A stretch of 63,247 nucleotides of DNA, the filler included, from Rhabdomonas costata (Eukaryota), in the NCBI GenBank assembly GCA_019059605.1. It is 35 parts of 35 records of this genome, joined end to end, with 100 filler letters (N's around TTAATTAATTAA, not from the genome) between each part and the next. Parts side by side here need not be neighbours in the genome. Positions count along the whole stretch, not along the records: positions 23,531 to 25,241 come from JAHMHO010010254.1; positions 25,342 to 27,051 come from JAHMHO010010255.1; positions 27,152 to 28,861 come from JAHMHO010010256.1; positions 28,962 to 30,671 come from JAHMHO010010257.1; positions 30,772 to 32,481 come from JAHMHO010010258.1; positions 32,582 to 34,291 come from JAHMHO010010259.1; positions 34,392 to 36,101 come from JAHMHO010010260.1; positions 36,202 to 37,910 come from JAHMHO010010261.1; 27 more parts are not named here. One strand, given 5' to 3'. A program made the translations under genes and the position numbers. The notes beneath the pieces are model-generated. The model made no database searches and was not told the origin of the DNA. It worked only from the letters and a program-made list of their open reading frames with translations. Below, one piece after another: positions 23,531-36,203 of this stretch. Within the stretch, counting starts at the first letter, position 1; the number at the start of each line of letters is the position of its first letter.

Positions 23531-25241
23531 CACCATCCCGGATGCCTGTTTTTCTGGGGTTTGTCTTTCCGGCTTCCGTGTGTGTTCTCCCCGTTTGTTG
23601 CTGTGGTAGTCTTTGGCCTGTGCTGCTCTGCTGCCGCTACTGCGTATTACTTTTTTTTGTTGCGTCAACAGTTTTGCCATCGGCCATCTCAGGATTAATG
23701 GCCATCCATTTTTCCCGATACCGAAAAGCTTCGTAAGATGGCAATATGACTTCCGGAGGTAGATGTAAAAGAAAAGACGCGGAGATAGTGCAAAGATACC
23801 CCGCATATGCCAATGAACACGGCCTGGGTTGGCCAACCGAGCCTTCACTTCGCAGAAGGGATGTCAGCGGTGAACGAATAGAAACGGATAGGAGTTCAAC
23901 GTGGCATTTCAGATTAAGTTTTGGTTTGGTTACGATGGGGTAAAAACCAGGGTCACCTTAACAAAAATAGCGGCGGCGTTTTTGGGCGGAAGGGGGACGG
24001 ATCGGACAAAGGCCATCTCTTTGCCCAATCTAAACCTAGTACAACCGCGACGGTTTTGTACTATACCCCAGGACACCAAAAATGTTTTGGTCTCTATAAA
24101 TTTCACCTGTAGCATTTGAAAAAGAGCAAATCGCCCCTTCCAGCAGTTCATAGCTCCCACCCTTGCAAAAACAACACATTATAACAGGTTTTTAGAGTGA
24201 CCGTCCCGGTGACCAAAACCAAGGTGGTTGGCGACCCGCTGAATTATTCAAAAAAAACTCGGCCGTTCCCTGAAAAGTCATATAAAAAGGCTGTTCGCAC
24301 TCACGCCGGAACGCCAAGGACTTTACAAAAGCTCTCCACAAGGGCGCCCAGCGTCAATACATGCAAGCGGTATTCTGTGACCCTTGGGCATCAGCTTTCC
24401 AATTCTCAAAATCCGATATTGATGCCTGTGCCACAAGAAAACAGCTTAGAGCAGAAAAGATTTCGGTCACGAGCTGCTTCTCAAAATACCACACGACCTG
24501 ATACGACCTGATAAGTCCTCGCAGCGTCACAAAAACAAAAAATCATAACGATTTCCTTTGCTTTGGGGTTGTGTAACACGAGGTAAACTTCCAGATATTG
24601 GGACTCGAGTTCATTCAGATAAATTCAGTTTCCCACATTTAATGTCCTGAAGCGTACACAACCCGCCAAAAACGCACCAGAAGAAATCCAAAAGCGAAGA
24701 AAAGAAAACCGCGGCGCGAGTGACCTATGGGGCCTATGGATCGGTAAATTTGATTGGTAGGATTTGTGTGACATGCAATAAATTGACGTGTAATAATGGA
24801 GCGACAGCCTCTTTCGAGAACCATTCATAAAAGAGTTCAACAAACGTTCGTGAGGTAGCTTATGTAACGCCAAGGTGGGGTTGACAGCATTTTGAAGTCG
24901 ACTGAAAAGGTTACATAAGAGGAAATCAGCGCTGAAGTGTTGAATGCACAACCTGGTATTGTAGCCGAAATTAGGCACACTAGTAAATGTTTCTATTGGC
25001 GTTGAATCAGTGTTGCTTCCGCAAGTTGCACTAGTTTGTGGATTTAAAAGATCATAACAACAGTTTATGAAAAACGTAATGACCGGGAGAAAATAATCAC
25101 GCCATCCTCCCTGGCACCATCCCGGATGCCTGTTTTTCTGGGCTTTGTCTTTCCGGCTTCCGTGTGTGTTCTCCCCGTTTGTTGCTGTGGTAGTCTTTGG
25201 CCTGTGCTGCTCTGCTGCCGCTACTGCGTATTACTTTTTTT
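23531..25241. repeat. Contig with 127-bp terminal direct repeat (circular molecule or collapsed 1,584-bp tandem unit)
   Basis: 23531-23657 matches 25115-25241 with one G/C mismatch. The interior looks more AT-rich than the genic contigs and has no convincing CDS. Confidence 0.88.
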
Positions 25242-25692
25242 NNNNNNNNNNNNNNNNNNNNNNNNNNNNNNNNNNNNNNNNNNNNTTAATTAATTAANNN
25301 NNNNNNNNNNNNNNNNNNNNNNNNNNNNNNNNNNNNNNNNNGTTTGTTTTTCTTCCCTCGCATTCAAATTAAACTCACTCCGACTGCATTCCGTCACACC
25401 CGCACCCATCCACTCAGTCAGGTCGCTGGGACGCTCGTTCTTTACTCTCGCTGAAGCTCCGACACATCAATGGCGATGGCTTACGATGCCTGATTTTTGC
25501 CTTGGCAATCGTGGGCGTCCCGCATATCCCGTCGACGGACACCTTGGTCATGCTTGAAGTGCGTTGAGATTCAGCACGAGCGCAAAAGGATGCTTCCACG
25601 ACGGACGGTTCTCTGGGGTCTCACATCTTGGCGCAGAAAGACGCCCTCCTGTGTCCTGGGGTGTTTGCGTCTTTGCTGTGCAATGTATGCAG

Positions 25693-26883
25693 GTGAGAAG
25701 ATGGTTTCTGCGTCTCGGGACCGCATGCTGAAGATCTGGAATGTGAAGAACGGGAACGAGATCATTACCCTGAAGGTTTCTGTGCTGTGTAATTATGCCT
25801 ATCACAAGCTTGTGTGTGTGCACACATACACACAAACAAACAAGCAAGCAAACAACCAAACAAACACAGGACAACACTAGCACAGCACTTGCTGCGGCAC
25901 TCGCAGGATCCAGCGTCCAAGGTGCTATAGACCACACGACAACACTGCATAACCACGCCACTATAACAGATTACTTGAGAATAGGGCTGTTCTACAATCG
26001 TCTTCCCGAACTTAAATTGCGTTTTCCGAGAGCGCCGTGAGGCCGCACCCTCGTGGCTTCGCGGTTTTCAGGGCCACACCGGGTTTGTCCTGTCGTGCGC
26101 CTTCTCCCCCAACGGGGAGCACGTGGTCTCCGCCAGCGATGACAAGATGATCAAGATCTGGGAGGCAGCCTCTGGAAAGAAGCTCACAACCCTCAAAGGT
26201 AGAAGGAGAACCTTTCGATCCTTTTGGTTTAGGCGCCATACAGCTGTGAGAATCGCTGGATTTTGCAACAAATGACGATGTTCAGTGTAACTCTTTGTTG
26301 AAGCAAGAGTCCCCGCCAGCGGCATGAAACAATCCTTAGTCGCCGGAAAAGATCGGGGGGTGAGGAAATCAATAAAAAAAGAGAGCGGTGACAAAAGTGT
26401 ATGCTGGAATGCAGCGGGTGCAATGGTTGCAAGAGAGAAGTCAGAGGAAAGATGAAAAAAGAAAGAATGTTAAAGAAAGGGGAGGAATGGGAGGGGTTGG
26501 GGGCGATTGGTTTGTTGTTGACGCGAGAAGCTCACTGAAGAAAAGTTGGGTAATTCCGGACAGCGAAACAGAACAATAAAGATAGTGAGGCAATCCGGGA
26601 TGACGAACACGACAGCGAAAAAGGAGCCGATGTGGGTGATCTATTTTAAAGGTCTATGTCCACCCTATTGGGTCCAGGCCTGACAGTTCTGCTTTTCATG
26701 CATTCTATTCACCCCCAATCTTTTTGGTTATCGCCCCGTTGTATGTCTTGGCCCCAGGGCACACTGACAAGGTGTACTGCTGTGCCTTCTCCCCTCGTGG
26801 GGACATGATTGCCTCGGCCTCCTGCGACAAAACCGTCCGGGTTTGGGAGACCGCCACGGGCCGTAAGGTGGTCACCCTGAAAG
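25693..26883 (+). CDS. WD40-repeat protein (42-aa repeats), three internal exons
   Basis: Exons 25693-25775 ([27 protein letters not shown]), 26072-26198 ([42 protein letters not shown]) and 26758-26883 ([42 protein letters not shown]). GT-AG introns with consistent phases. Confidence 0.95.
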
Positions 26884-28554
26884 GTGGGCCGCTCCTCCCT
26901 CCCAAAATTGTTCACCTTCAGCCTTCCCGTTCCCACGTTAAATTGTGGTGACAGAGTGCTGATGTCACGCAGAGCCTCGTGCTGATGTCACGCAGAGCCC
27001 CATATAAAATTCTGTTCTCCAAACCTTTGATTTGCTTCTGTCCAAAACAACNNNNNNNNNNNNNNNNNNNNNNNNNNNNNNNNNNNNNNNNNNNNTTAAT
27101 TAATTAANNNNNNNNNNNNNNNNNNNNNNNNNNNNNNNNNNNNNNNNNNNNATATTCCAATGTGACGCTGTTTAATTCACCGCACTGCTCGCCTTATTCC
27201 TCTCCGTCAATCTAAAACTTTTGACCCAAACCACCAAAGCCTGGTTAAACGCTGGAACTGAGAAATTATGGCGTTAAGTTTCCAAAGTCTTCTTGGGCGT
27301 TGTCGCCTTGCCCCCTGGTAAAATTGTAAAATTATTTTATTGGAGACCACGTTATTAATCGTATTTTGTCCACCCCGTGTTTCAGGCGTATTTGACGCTT
27401 CCCGGTTTTCATTGAGATTTTGAGCTAAAATAAAAAGATTTCCGGTATATAGCCAAAAGGAAGCGCAGGTAAAAGCAGTAGAGCATGCTCCGCCTACCAA
27501 AGGTCCCAACGCCTGCATCATCCTCTAACCACAGGTATCATGTCGTGGGCATGGACCGCAAATTTTCCGCAGGATCTTCCCGGTGGTAGGAACAGGTGAC
27601 ATTTTGAAAGAGTCTTGCGGCGCGCAATATTCTTTGTATCCGATGGCCTTTCAATAACACCACTCCCCAAAATGACGGACGAACCGCGCGGTGAAACCAT
27701 GGTCGTGCGGTGTTGCCGTGTGGTAAACGCGCCTGATAGACCTCTTGCCTTCGAAGTATGGTCCCGTGTTTTGCCTTGCCTTTTTTTCTTCGCAAGTCAA
27801 ATCGGGCAAAACGGGCATCCTTTGGTTTATCCAAAAGATGATGGGGTGAAGAACGATTATGGGGTGAAGAACGATTGAAGGCGCACTTGGAGAGCCACAC
27901 AATCGGAAAGGGTTCGGGATTCTTGGGTGTTGCTCTTTTTCTCGCTTGGAACGCAAGCGCAAGCCGTGGTGGCGAAGAAACTGCGCCCCATGTTGGGTGC
28001 GAGTCTGCCGATTGCGCAATCGTTTCCGTTCTCTTAAGTACACCACTGTGCGCACGGGGCTTCTTGAAACAGATCATGCGCCATTTTGTAGTGGGTACCT
28101 GTGCTTAAGTTATGAACTTGGGCGCTTGTGATGCCTGTTGGGTACTGTCGAGGTGAGATTTGCAAGAAAGGCAACACTCAGTGACATTTGTCTGACTATA
28201 CCAGCGCCGTTGAGGGCTGGGGCTATCATCGAAGATGTGACTGGTGAAAGTTGTTTCCTCTTTCCGAATCTTTTCGAAAGAAAATACAAGCTCCATCCAG
28301 TACAGCCGCTCCAGTGCAAAAAGAAAGCCGCTCGCCCGGAGAGAAGATCCCTTTCCAAGCCCAGGAGTGACCGGATGTGGGGGTGCGGTGGGACAAGGGG
28401 TGCAATATATACTCCTGGCCCTCCAGGAAGACGACACACAAGGCGAGAAGTACTGGAGTTGTCATGTGTGGAGTGTGGGGTGGGGTCGTAAGAAGGACTT
28501 CGTGGTACCAGTATCAGCTTCAGCCCACCACCCTGGATTTCACTGGAAGGTCCC

Positions 28555-28720
28555 TTACGCCATGAAAACAGGGAACTGGGCCTTGACGTTCGGCGCGTCG
28601 AAGACCATCCTGCGCAGGCTGAACACGTGATACTCCAGCTCGCGCTTCACCTTGACCTGGAACTCCTTCGGCACGGTGGGCATGAAGTCCAGGTAGAGCT
28701 GGATCAGCCCAGCCAGAATC
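28555..28720 (-). CDS. Terminal exon of an unidentified protein with strong codon bias
   Basis: After a TCAG acceptor it reads ILAGLIQLYLDFMPTVPKEFQVKVKRELEYHVFSLRRMVFDAPNVKAQFPVFMA*. Nearly all third positions are G/C. This reading is absent from the ORF track. Confidence 0.65.
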
Positions 28721-28961
28721 CTGACACAGGCAAGGGAGGGGACAGTCCCGGATGATCACCACATTCCTCGCAGTGTAGTAGGGGGGAGGCCCCCCTTGAA
28801 AATCGAGGCCGGACCAGGACAACGAATAGTATAGAAACGATAGCCGGTCTCCCACCAACAANNNNNNNNNNNNNNNNNNNNNNNNNNNNNNNNNNNNNNN
28901 NNNNNTTAATTAATTAANNNNNNNNNNNNNNNNNNNNNNNNNNNNNNNNNNNNNNNNNNNN

Positions 28962-30671
28962 TAGGCGGGAGCGAGAAAAGGGGGAAGGGCAAGACGAACC
29001 CGTGCCCCAAACTCCATGCTGCGCTGCGCCGCGGTATGCAGCAGAGCTACCCCTGCCGCGGGAGGCAGCCACTCCGGGGGGGACACCCGCGGCCCCCACA
29101 GCCGGACCCCAGCACCTACCTGCGTGACCCCCGCGGCACGCTCCTCAGAGAGCCCCCCGCACAGCAAAGCGAGACTTCGTAGGGCATCCATGGAGGACAG
29201 GGGGACGAACGAGAGCGCAGCCAGGGCGGAGGCCCTCTCGGAGTCCTCCAAGGGGTCCTCCAGCACAAGGGTATCGAGGTGCTGCAGCAGAGCCAGGCCG
29301 AGCACCTGGCGCAGCGCCTGGCCTGGTATCTGAAGAAGAAGGCAAAGAGTGTGTGTGAAGAGGGAGAGAAAGATATAGAATTCCAAGCGATTGCATCTCG
29401 GCTCTGTGCTTGGCCCAGAAGCCCTGAAGATCTTCACCATGTCCGAGACCACAAGCTTGTTGGACTCGTGCATGTCTGTCGGGTAATTGTCCTCGGGGGG
29501 TGACGAAGGTATGCGCAGTTTTCCTAACATCAATGGTTTATCTTCAAGACGGCACCCGTGGATATAGCGAATAGAACGCCACTGTACCCATCGCTATCCC
29601 CTAAATTTTTTGTGTACTTACCTAATTTTAGCGGTGGTGATAATGAAACTGACGAAGCCTATGTTCGAAATGACCCACCAGTGTAAACAACGCAGAGAGC
29701 ATTGGTGAGCGAGCAGACCTGCAGGATGCCGTTGAGGCGGGAATGCACTCTGCAGAACCACTGCGCACCAAGGGTGGCAATTTCGGATGCCTGACGCACC
29801 CAGGTCACTGGGGCGACGCCCCCACCCACGCTGCCCAGGGGGGAGGCTTCTTCGGGTGGCCTCCTGCGGGCGGGATCCTGGCTCAGCTGGACATGCAGCG
29901 GCAGAGTCACTGCCACGCCAACCGCCTGTCATGAGAGGGTGAGCACCCAGGAGAGGACCCCACTGCTGCTAGCAGCACAAATGAGTACGAGAGTCTTATA
30001 CTTTGGAAAGAAGTGTAAAACTTTGCTGGAAAGGTAGCATTTTGATGGAGCAGGAGACATGCGGCTGAGCCCCATCGGTGTTGACTGTCTGCGTGCAAAC
30101 GTGCAAGGAACACCGAGAGTCGGCATTCGGTCACCCATCGTTCGGTTTCCCATCGTTTCCAGGACAAACGGTGGTCACAATTGCGCGCATAAGTACGAAG
30201 GGATAATTCGGCAAAGTCGACGAACCACTGAGCAATACAAATGACTACAGAGGGAAGCAGCGCGTTGAAAACCATCCGCTCTCCGAGTCGAAAACGAAAG
30301 TGCTTATATGCCATATTGACTGAGGGATAGGATCTCGTACAACGGTCGCCCATTGCGGACAGCGATGTGCACGGAAGAAAAATTGCAGCCGCCAATGTGA
30401 CACACCTTTTTACGTGCGCATGAACACACACCACGATGTCAACGATAGCAAAGACCCAACTCCGGAGGCCGTCCATCCGAACCCCTTGCCGGCCCGCGGG
30501 CTCGAGATTGACAGCCAGCGCGGCGAGCACGTCCTCCGAGCGCTGCAGCAGCGTCCCACAGAACAGCGGCATATTGAACTTGGGCAGGCACGCCCGAGCA
30601 ATCCTCCGCATCACTTGGTCAAGTGAATCCAGCCTGCCCGCAATCCCCACACTCGCATCGAAAACAACAAC
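28962..30671 (-). CDS. Hypothetical multi-exon gene fragment
   Basis: Coding-like minus-strand segments at about 30650-30460 (GIAGRLDSLDQVMRRIARACLPKFNMPLFCGTLLQ), about 29930-29719, and from 29329 (IPGQALRQVLGLALLQHLDTLVLEDPLEDSER..), with plausible splice sites. Exact boundaries are uncertain. Confidence 0.35.
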
Positions 30672-33420
30672 NNNNNNNNNNNNNNNNNNNNNNNNNNNNN
30701 NNNNNNNNNNNNNNNTTAATTAATTAANNNNNNNNNNNNNNNNNNNNNNNNNNNNNNNNNNNNNNNNNNNNGTGGTGGGTGACGATGGAAGAATGCCACT
30801 TCTGACGCAGGAACCCATCGTAAGCGTAATGATGAAGTATACAACTAGAATACACCACGATTGCCACGGATGCCACAAAGGCCACTAGATACCCACCATC
30901 ATTACACAGTGGTACGCGTCCACTTGGTCTCATGTAGTAGTCACGAAGCATTGCCGAGGTAGGCATTTTCTGGACTACCACACCGCTCTACTCAATTCCG
31001 TGGTCCACCTGCCTTCGTTTTGCACAGGGGGTGGGGTCGCATGGTACCACATCCAAATCTTCATGAATGTCAGCCTCGTCGGTCTCAACTTCGCATATTG
31101 GTAACATTGGGCTTCACCTTGAGGCCTTTCACTTTCTGAGCACGTACAGAGGCTGGTGCCGCAATTTTTCCTTGGTCTTAAATTCTTGCGTCACGGTGAA
31201 AAACGTTTTTTTGACTCCATTTGGTTACGTTTCGCATATCTGTTTCCTTTACAGATCCCATGGTTCGGCCTTCGTCTTCAGGTTTTGTCTCTCATTGTTC
31301 GGTTTTCGGTCTTTGGATCTTTGTGTTTTGCGTTCCTGTATTCAATCTTTGCTTCTGTCTTCTGGTTCGTCCTTCGGCTTCTTATTCCAGACGTCATACA
31401 TGATGTCCTGTATGGAATGGATATGGGCAAATGAGCGTGATTGTAGATCTGCACCGATGTTAGCGTGTAGTCCAAAACATTGGCGACCAACTCAGTAAAA
31501 ATTAATATGTACTTACTGCGACAGTACCAGACCGAGCTTCTCGAGACCTGGCGTGTCGAAAGACCTGAAGTTAGCTTCAATAACACACATGCAAGCGTAA
31601 CGAATGAGATGGCTGTGGGTTGCGTTAATGGTTTCAATGGTTTGAGTAACAGGTGTTGGTAAAGCTATCTGCAGACGTGTGAGGTACGGTGAGGGTATGC
31701 GTGAAGGAGGACTTGTAGCTGTGAATGTGGACGTAATGGATATGTGAGAATCTGAGCTGGAGTTAAGCGCTACGTTGCATAGCTTCACCGTGATACCTGC
31801 GACACCACATGCCCCATTTTTGTTCGTTTGGAGACACAATGTCAACAAGGCGCATAAATTAGGGACGTCACCGTACTACTGTGGTGAACTGGGAACGATC
31901 GCCGATATGTTGATTCACCATTTTACGTCTCTATCACTTATAGTAGAATGAATGCCACATAGTGAATGCCTGAGACATCAAGTATGAAGTCACTGAAACC
32001 GAAGCCAAGACCAAGAGCAAACACTCACCCCACGCTCCACTCTCCAACCAGCGTACCAAACACCATCACTCAACCATGACTGAAGCGCGAAACACCCACC
32101 ATTACGCTCACCATCATGCTCCTGACCATGACAACCCTTAAACCCTCAACTCTGACCTCTCACCTCTGAACCCTCACCAACACTCCTCACGAAAAACATT
32201 GCACACATCTCGACTCACCACCCACAAAGGACACCAACCATTAAGACAACGTAGCGAACCACTAAACCCAACCCCTCCTCCAAAAGTCACGACCACCTGA
32301 CACATCAAACCTCCCTCAACCAACTCCACATAACCAACATCCAACCATCACCCTCACCATCCACTCCAACCCACGCTCCATCCGACACCCGGCCGGTGCG
32401 CACATCACACACCCACCACCGTCACCATGACCACCATACAACCATCCCCACATCAACACCCTCACCACAGAACCCGTGACCNNNNNNNNNNNNNNNNNNN
32501 NNNNNNNNNNNNNNNNNNNNNNNNNTTAATTAATTAANNNNNNNNNNNNNNNNNNNNNNNNNNNNNNNNNNNNNNNNNNNNGTGGTTTGTTTGACGAGGG
32601 TCTTGCCATCAGCAGTGGTGATGACCCCTTCCTTGCCAACCTTCGTTAAAAAAAACAGTTCGTAACTCTACTTCAGGGAAACGCGCCAAAAAAGGATAAA
32701 GCGTCGATAACAGGTTAAATGACAAAAAAGACCACGTGACGAACCTTTTCCATCGCCCGTCCAATGAGCGTACCGATCTCCACGTCTCCGTTCGCGGAAA
32801 TGGTCGCCACTGATTTTGGAATTTTGGAACAGAAACAAGGTCCAGCACAGAAGGACTTCGGTATTTCGGGCACGACTCATGTTTCGAGGGTTTGCAGCAA
32901 GAGAGCACAACTGCAAGGAATTAATGGGTTTGAACGGGGTCAAGCTTCCGCTTCTGAGTCGAGTGGTTCACAAAGCCACAAACCTTGTGTGATCTCCGCG
33001 GTGGAGGTGATCTTTCGGGTCTGCTTGTCAAGGTTTTCCGCCATTTTCCTGACTGCCAAGTCAATCCCCTTCTTAACCTCAACCTAGAGCATGAATGTCA
33101 TTGAGTTGGTAAGCAAACTGGAGACTGGCTCCCAGCAGGTTCTTTTCTCTCTCCCTCTCTCAACCAATTTTGTCAGGGTACGTCAACGTTTAAGCCGAAC
33201 AGGTCCCATAAAAACGTGCCACTGGCGCGAGCCATGAAATGTTTTCTCACACTTTTAGTCCCAGCATGGGGGCATGAAATGGCAATGCAACAAATACAAT
33301 GAGCACCTGTGAAGTTCCCCGCTGAACCAACTTGAAGCCCTCGCTAAAAATTGCGTTGGCCAGGATGGTTGCTGTAGTTGTTCCATCCCCAGCGTGGTCA
33401 TTGGCAGCAACTGCAACCTA

Positions 33421-33786
<366 letters not shown>

Positions 33787-34839
33787 TCATTTGGAAGGGA
33801 CATTTGTTTTTGGGTTCGCTTGTGTTGGGCGCTTGTCCTTTCAGTGTAGCCACAAGAAGAACCCCAATTCTGCTGGAAAATTTTTTTGGAATGCCTTTCT
33901 GAAGCGACCTTTGAACACGTTTGACAACGGCAAATTTAGCAACCATGCGGACTTTGCCAGAGAAGTTTTTATTTGCGCTGCTTTCCTTCCTTCCTATATG
34001 TTGACTGTTGTACTGTATGAGTAATTTGCGCCTGCAACCGTCGCCGCTGTTTTGTCACCCCAAAGTTCTGTCTTCCACGTAAGGCACGCAGCAGGGCGAC
34101 CCCATCTCGTCGCCATCCACAAGACTGGACCACAATCAAAGTCCTATTGGGCACCACTGTTGTCCTGAGAACAGCTGCAGGACAAGCGGTACCACGCCCG
34201 TCTGTTGCCTTTTGCCCTTCTGTAGCAAAGAGGACCAGCTGGCTGTGTCAAATCAACTCGGAATGTCCGATTCAAAAATTTCCCACACACANNNNNNNNN
34301 NNNNNNNNNNNNNNNNNNNNNNNNNNNNNNNNNNNTTAATTAATTAANNNNNNNNNNNNNNNNNNNNNNNNNNNNNNNNNNNNNNNNNNNNGGTTGGGTG
34401 TATAACGGTCCTTTTGAGGCAGGGTGGCGCATGGCGCCTGAAGCAGTTGGGGCTTGCTCGTGTTGTGGAGACTTAGGGCGTGGTACCTGGGTTCGAGTCG
34501 TAAATTATCCGACCCCAACCCGTCTATTTCGCTGTTCGTTTGTGTATGTGTGTGTGACTGCTCGAGACCCCGGTCATCTTTTGGCAACATATGTTCCAAG
34601 ACACCTGCTGGCCTCCTTGTTCCTCATACCTGGTTGGGGTGGGGCCAGAGTTGCCTTTAGCCCAACGCCCAATTCGCGACCAGCGTGTTAGACCGTGATA
34701 TGGATATGGATTCGAGCCGACTTCGTGCCTGACAATATCCGGACCAGTGTTTACCCTTCACTCAGTGTGTGGTGGTGGTGGTGGGGGGTTGTGGGTGCTT
34801 GTGTCGAATTTGCTCTTTTCCTTCCCCAAAAAAACGAAG

Positions 34840-35935
34840 GCCCTGTCGGAGGGCTTGGGAGGGATGGGCCGATTCGCCTGCGACGATGGCGGTCACGGCT
34901 CGGGCTCCCTCGCGGAGAGCGCGGGGTTTCCCACCTCACCTCTGCCCCAGTTGGACGAGCTTTGTGCGGTGCGTGTGCGATAGTGAACGGGGAGCCACAT
35001 CCCCTGTATCAAAATAATGGATTACTTCGTTGACTGCGTTGATTGAAGTGAATGGCTGAGTGTATTTTGGACCCCTCGTTGAACTTCTCACTCACTCACT
35101 TCTCATTCTCTGGGGCGTCTATTTCCCATTGTCGCGGGATGTGACTCCGTGACGCGGATCCGAGATACGTGAACTCTATTCTCGGACATATCCATAAAAT
35201 GGGGCAAGGGCTGTGTGGGCAGCAAATTCCAGGTCAAAAAATCAACCTGACACCCAGGGCAAGCAGTTGTTACCCCTTTCTGCTGACCTGCAAATGCTTT
35301 CTGCTTTTGTATGGACAAACTAACCTAACCCACTGATCTTAGCTCTGGAGCATTCGGATTGAAGACTTTCTGGCCAGTCTTTAGGTCGGATGATCCTGTG
35401 ATGTTCTATAGTTCTATAGTTCTATGTGGAACTCTGTGATAATGGCCAGTGTTGTGCGGCAGAGAAGTGAGACTGAATGAATCAGGATGCGCTGGAGGTG
35501 ACGGGCTTAAACAACTCACGAACGTACCTGACACACGTTTCTATTAGCCTGCTTTTGTAGGGATAGGGTATTCGGGTGGCGGCATTGTGCTGTGTTGGCT
35601 GGTGTCAGGCGCCTCGGCACAGTTGCCCTTCATGTTCAGACTTAGAACCCAAGGAGAAGAAGAGACAAACAGAGAGCCACAAAGATCACATCGGGCGACC
35701 AGGGTGGGTCTTTGGTGTGTTTGTAGTTTTCCTTGTTGGAGAGGCCCTGTGTTCCTCTTCTCGCAGCGGAGCCCTGTCGCACCCCCTGGCACGGCGCATT
35801 ACATCAAGTCCACCACGGCCGCGCTGAGCCCCGCCGCACTCTCCAATCTCGCCACCGCGGGCAGTGGGGACAATCTCCTGCTGGCCCTGCCCAGCCTTTC
35901 CGCTTCCGCCGAGGGCCCGGGCAGCTTTCTTGCAG
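34840..35935 (+). CDS. Hypothetical protein, two internal exons
   Basis: Exons 34840-34968 (ALSEGLGGMGRFACDDG..LDELCA) and 35767-35935 (RSPVAPPGTAHYIKSTT..GSFLA) form a phase-0 GT-AG join. Confidence 0.4.
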
Positions 35936-36203
35936 GTTCCCCACGTCTCTCAGGCATTCTTTCCGTCTCTCTTGTGGGGTGGCATGGGTGGCTCGGTCGG
36001 TATAGGTTTAGTTAGATGGGTTCAGTCTGTAGTACCCAAAGTCGTGGTTGACGTGGTGTGTCTTGAGTGGTTGAGAGTGAGCGTGAGTCAACCCCCCCAA
36101 CNNNNNNNNNNNNNNNNNNNNNNNNNNNNNNNNNNNNNNNNNNNNTTAATTAATTAANNNNNNNNNNNNNNNNNNNNNNNNNNNNNNNNNNNNNNNNNNN
36201 NGT

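Noticed and set aside
24565..24575. GGGGTTGTGTA, similar to kinetoplast minicircle CSB-3 (GGGGTTGGTGTA), in a self-closing contig
   Set aside because: It is one base short, has no CSB-1/CSB-2 upstream, and G/T-rich strings are common here. The intron-rich host is also unlike a trypanosomatid.
24870..24978. THAP-like peptide NTRLCIQHF..RLQNAVNPTL on the minus strand
   Set aside because: The N-terminal C-x2-4-C and the conserved Pro/Trp of THAP are not found upstream, and no transposase follows.
26956..27876. Short two-copy duplications (26956-26999, 27841-27876; also 38011-38037)
   Set aside because: These are ordinary slippage duplications in non-coding DNA, on different contigs and with no spacer structure.
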